Below are positions 61,250 through 64,000 of a stretch of DNA of 64,000 nt, piece after piece. The notes under the pieces were generated by a model. That model saw nothing but the letters and a program-made list of their open reading frames with translations, was not told where the DNA came from and ran no database searches. The stretch comes from Cyanobacteria bacterium auto_48_18 (GTDB lineage: Bacteria; Cyanobacteriota; Vampirovibrionia; Obscuribacterales; Obscuribacteraceae), in assembly GCA_036170915.1 (NCBI GenBank), contig JAVHQC010000001.1:1-64000 (forward strand). Direction: 5' to 3'. The position numbers and the translations under genes were made by a program. Each line of letters starts with the position of its first letter. The stretch's first letter is position 1.

Positions 61250-61282
61250 GATGGGTTGGCCTGATGGGTCGGCCTGGTGGGT
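61250..61282. repeat. 13-bp degenerate tandem repeat (GATGGGTYGGCCT)
   Basis: 61250-61262 and 61263-61275, plus a partial copy. Confidence 0.7.
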
Positions 61283-61314
61283 ATATGAGTGTTGGATTAG
61301 TGTAAGGACAATTA

Positions 61315-62697
61315 ATGGATACTTCGGTGGCTATCGTAGCCGTAGGCGCAATCGTATTTTTGGCCCATCTTTTCGCCGTCGGCTTTGAGAAAACGCGCAT
61401 TCCTGATGTATTGCCTCTGGTAATTTTAGGTGTGCTGATTGGCCCGGTTTTTCACTTTGTTAAACCTGACGACTTTGGCCAGGTGGGCCAGGTCTTCACC
61501 ACTCTCGCTCTAGTCATTATCTTGTTCTATTGCGGGCTCGAGCTTGACCTTAATTTGCTGGTGAAATCTTTTTTGCCGGCACTAAAATTGGGTCTGATAA
61601 ATTTCACTGTCACTGTTGCCACTACCGTCTGGTTAGGCATGCAGGCTTTAGGTCTGGGAGCCACAGAAGGGTGCATCTTAGGCTGCATCGCTGCTGCCTG
61701 TTCGCCTCCTGTAGTCATTCCGATGTTGGCAAAGTTGCGCGCCACTGAACAAACGCGCACCATGTTGATTTTAGAGTCGACCATTTGTGAAGTGCTCGGT
61801 ATTGTAGGCACTCTCGCTTTTATCAAAGTGGCCACGCAAAGCTCTGTACAACCGGTGGCAATGCTCGGTCACATTATTGCTTCATTCATCATGGCGGCCA
61901 TTATTGGTCTGGCAGCCGGAGTGCTCTGGTCGAAATTGCTCACTGTGGTGCGTCACGTCGATGACAATATTTTTTGCACCCCGGCATTTGTTTGCATAGT
62001 TTTCGGCACCGCCGAATTGTTTGATTACAGCGGCCCGGTGGCTGCTCTGGTATTCGGTCTGGTACTGGGAAACATCAAAGAGTTGAAGTTCTTGAAGGGG
62101 CTGCGTGGCATCCACGGAGAAGCCGTAACTTTAACCTTGCAAGAAACTACATTTTTTGCCGCACTGGTGTTTTTGCTCAAGTCTTTGTTCTTTGTTTATG
62201 TTGGTCTATCAATGCAGTTCGATTCTGCGCGTCTGGCTGGCGCGGCCTTGATTCTTACTGTCTGGACACTGCTTGTGCGCCTGGTTGTGGTGCGCTTCAC
62301 CACTAGCGATAAGCTTTCCATCTACGACCGCTCACTGGTATCGATAATGGTGCCCAAAGGATTAGCTGCCGCAGTACTGGCATCGTTGGTTTTACAATCG
62401 GGCGTAAATGGTGCCGCCACCATTCGCGAAGTAGCGTTCGGTGTGATTCTCTTCAGTATTGTGCTGGTGGCTTTCCTTGCGTTCTTTCTTGAGCAAGGCT
62501 GGCTTGATGCTTTCTTCACTTATGTGTTTGGTAAAAATGCCCCGCTCAAACCAGACCCTGCTCTGGTTGTCACCGGCACTTTTTCTCACGCGTCGGCTCT
62601 TGAGGCTGCTAGAAAAACTCTGGCTGATACCGAGGCCGGTTTAAAAGTGATCAAAGACGATGGTGCTGTTACGGAACCTTCAGACAGCGGTCATTAG
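61315..62697 (+). CDS. Cation:proton antiporter (CPA1/NhaP-like)
   Basis: About 12 TM; LILESTICE, PKGLAAAVLA. Confidence 0.9.
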   Translation: MDTSVAIVAVGAIVFLAHLFAVGFEKTRIPDVLPLVILGVLIGPVFHFVKPDDFGQVGQVFTTLALVIILFYCGLELDLNLLVKSFLPALKLGLINFTVTVATTVWLGMQALGLGATEGCILGCIAAACSPPVVIPMLAKLRATEQTRTMLILESTICEVLGIVGTLAFIKVATQSSVQPVAMLGHIIASFIMAAIIGLAAGVLWSKLLTVVRHVDDNIFCTPAFVCIVFGTAELFDYSGPVAALVFGLVLGNIKELKFLKGLRGIHGEAVTLTLQETTFFAALVFLLKSLFFVYVGLSMQFDSARLAGAALILTVWTLLVRLVVVRFTTSDKLSIYDRSLVSIMVPKGLAAAVLASLVLQSGVNGAATIREVAFGVILFSIVLVAFLAFFLEQGWLDAFFTYVFGKNAPLKPDPALVVTGTFSHASALEAARKTLADTEAGLKVIKDDGAVTEPSDSGH

Positions 62698-62793
62698 TAT
62701 GGTCGTTTGGCCTTTTCATCAGACAATACAAGACAAACTGCAAGCCCGGGCGATATCATGTATATGTCGTTAAGCAGAGGCAGGTAGGAAGGT

Positions 62794-63966
62794 ATGCAGT
62801 CCACCCGTAAAGTCGCGTCCAACCGGGCAGATCAGTTTCAAGAGTCGGTTATACGCGAAATGTCGCGGCTCTCAGCGCAGCACAAGGCCGTTAACCTGGC
62901 CCAGGGGCTTCCTGACTTCCCCTGCCCACCTGAGCTAAAAGAAGCGGTCACTCGGGCGGTTTTAGACGATGTCAACCAGTATGCCATTACCTGGGGCGAC
63001 AAATTTTTAAGGCAGGCACTGGCGGATCAATTTAAAAAATTCACGGGGCTCACAGTAGAACCTGAAACCGACATCACAGTTTGCTGTGGCGCTACAGAAG
63101 CCATGGTTGCTACCATGCTGGCACTGGTTGATGTTGATGACGAAGTAATTGTTTTCGAGCCCTTTTATGAAAACTATGGCCCTGACTCAATTTTGTGCGG
63201 TGCTAAGCCACGTTATGTGAAACTGCATGCACCTGATTGGACATTCGATGAAGCTGACCTGGCCAAAGCTTTCAACGATAAGACACGCGCCATTATCATC
63301 AATACTCCTCATAATCCTACGGGCAAAGTTTTTAGTTTGGAAGAGATGACTGCCATCGCCAAACTCTGTCAGAAACACAATGTGCTTGCATTCACTGACG
63401 AAATTTACGAACACATTTTGTATGATGGTGCCAAGCATGTCTCTATGGCCGCATTGCCAGGCATGGCTGATTTGACAGTGACAATCAACAGTTTATCGAA
63501 GACTTACAGCGTCACCGGATGGCGGGTGGGCTGGGCAATTGCCAACGCCGAACTGACTTTGCCCATTCGCAAAGTGCACGATTTTCTCACTGTCGGATCT
63601 CCAGCACCACTTCAACGGGCTGGTGTTACCGCCATCAACATGCCAGACAAATATTATGATGAGCTCAAGGCAAAATATACCGAGCGCCGCACCATGATGC
63701 TCGATATTCTTGATGGCGTAGGCATTCCTTACTTCAAGCCGCAAGGCGCCTATTATGCCTTTTGCGATATCAGCAAACTCGGTTTTAAATCAGACATGGA
63801 TTTCACCAAACATCTTGTCAAAGACATTGGTGTAGCCGTGGTGCCTGGTGGTAGTTTCTTCGGTCCTGATGCTGAAACACGCCATAACTATGTGCGGTTT
63901 TGCTTCAGCCGCAAAGAAGAAACCATGCTGGCAGCGAAAGAAAGATTAGCTAAGCTAGGAAAATAA
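62794..63966 (+). CDS. PLP-dependent class I/II aminotransferase
   Basis: NLAQGLPD, NTPHNPTG, DEIY, SLSKTYSVTGWRVG. Confidence 0.95.
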   Translation: MQSTRKVASNRADQFQESVIREMSRLSAQHKAVNLAQGLPDFPCPPELKEAVTRAVLDDVNQYAITWGDKFLRQALADQFKKFTGLTVEPETDITVCCGATEAMVATMLALVDVDDEVIVFEPFYENYGPDSILCGAKPRYVKLHAPDWTFDEADLAKAFNDKTRAIIINTPHNPTGKVFSLEEMTAIAKLCQKHNVLAFTDEIYEHILYDGAKHVSMAALPGMADLTVTINSLSKTYSVTGWRVGWAIANAELTLPIRKVHDFLTVGSPAPLQRAGVTAINMPDKYYDELKAKYTERRTMMLDILDGVGIPYFKPQGAYYAFCDISKLGFKSDMDFTKHLVKDIGVAVVPGGSFFGPDAETRHNYVRFCFSRKEETMLAAKERLAKLGK

Positions 63967-64000
63967 TCGCCCTCAGGGTTATCCGAGGAGGCTGATTGCC

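Overview
Gene-dense bacterial chromosomal window of about 50% GC. Gene content (many TPR and low-complexity secreted proteins, diderm envelope genes) is compatible with a non-photosynthetic cyanobacterial relative such as Vampirovibrionia/Obscuribacterales, but this is inference only. The main find is a ~17 kb co-oriented locus (924-18165) that looks like a non-canonical type IV secretion-like machine. It encodes two secreted low-complexity proteins, a lipoprotein with TolC-like helices plus an Ig-like tail, two paralogous VirB6/TrbL-like membrane proteins (one ~1930 aa with four novel ~193-206 aa repeats and a poly-Gln tail), a DUF2225-like Zn protein, a PrgI/VirB3-like protein, a VirB4-like ATPase and two VirB8/NTF2-like bitopic proteins. 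No relaxase, coupling protein or integrase is visible, and the locus runs directly into ribE-ribBA-ribH. The rest of the window holds a hipBA islet, a decayed duplicate of the 3' end of an MTA/SAH nucleosidase gene, and a 40-bp twin-palindrome element present twice 16 kb apart. It also holds thiolase, ligA, an ABC/thioredoxin-like/CxxCxxCC operon, a lethal-factor-like HExxH protein, a reduced phenylacetate (paa) cluster with one diiron subunit and a MenB/BadI/Oah-like crotonase, and a duplicated CPBP protease. Near the end is an alpha-2-macroglobulin/exported AMMECR1/VanW operon divergent from a Tat-signal transpeptidase and SpoIID. No rRNA, tRNA, CRISPR array or transposase was recognised. 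All family calls come from motif recognition by eye, not database searches.
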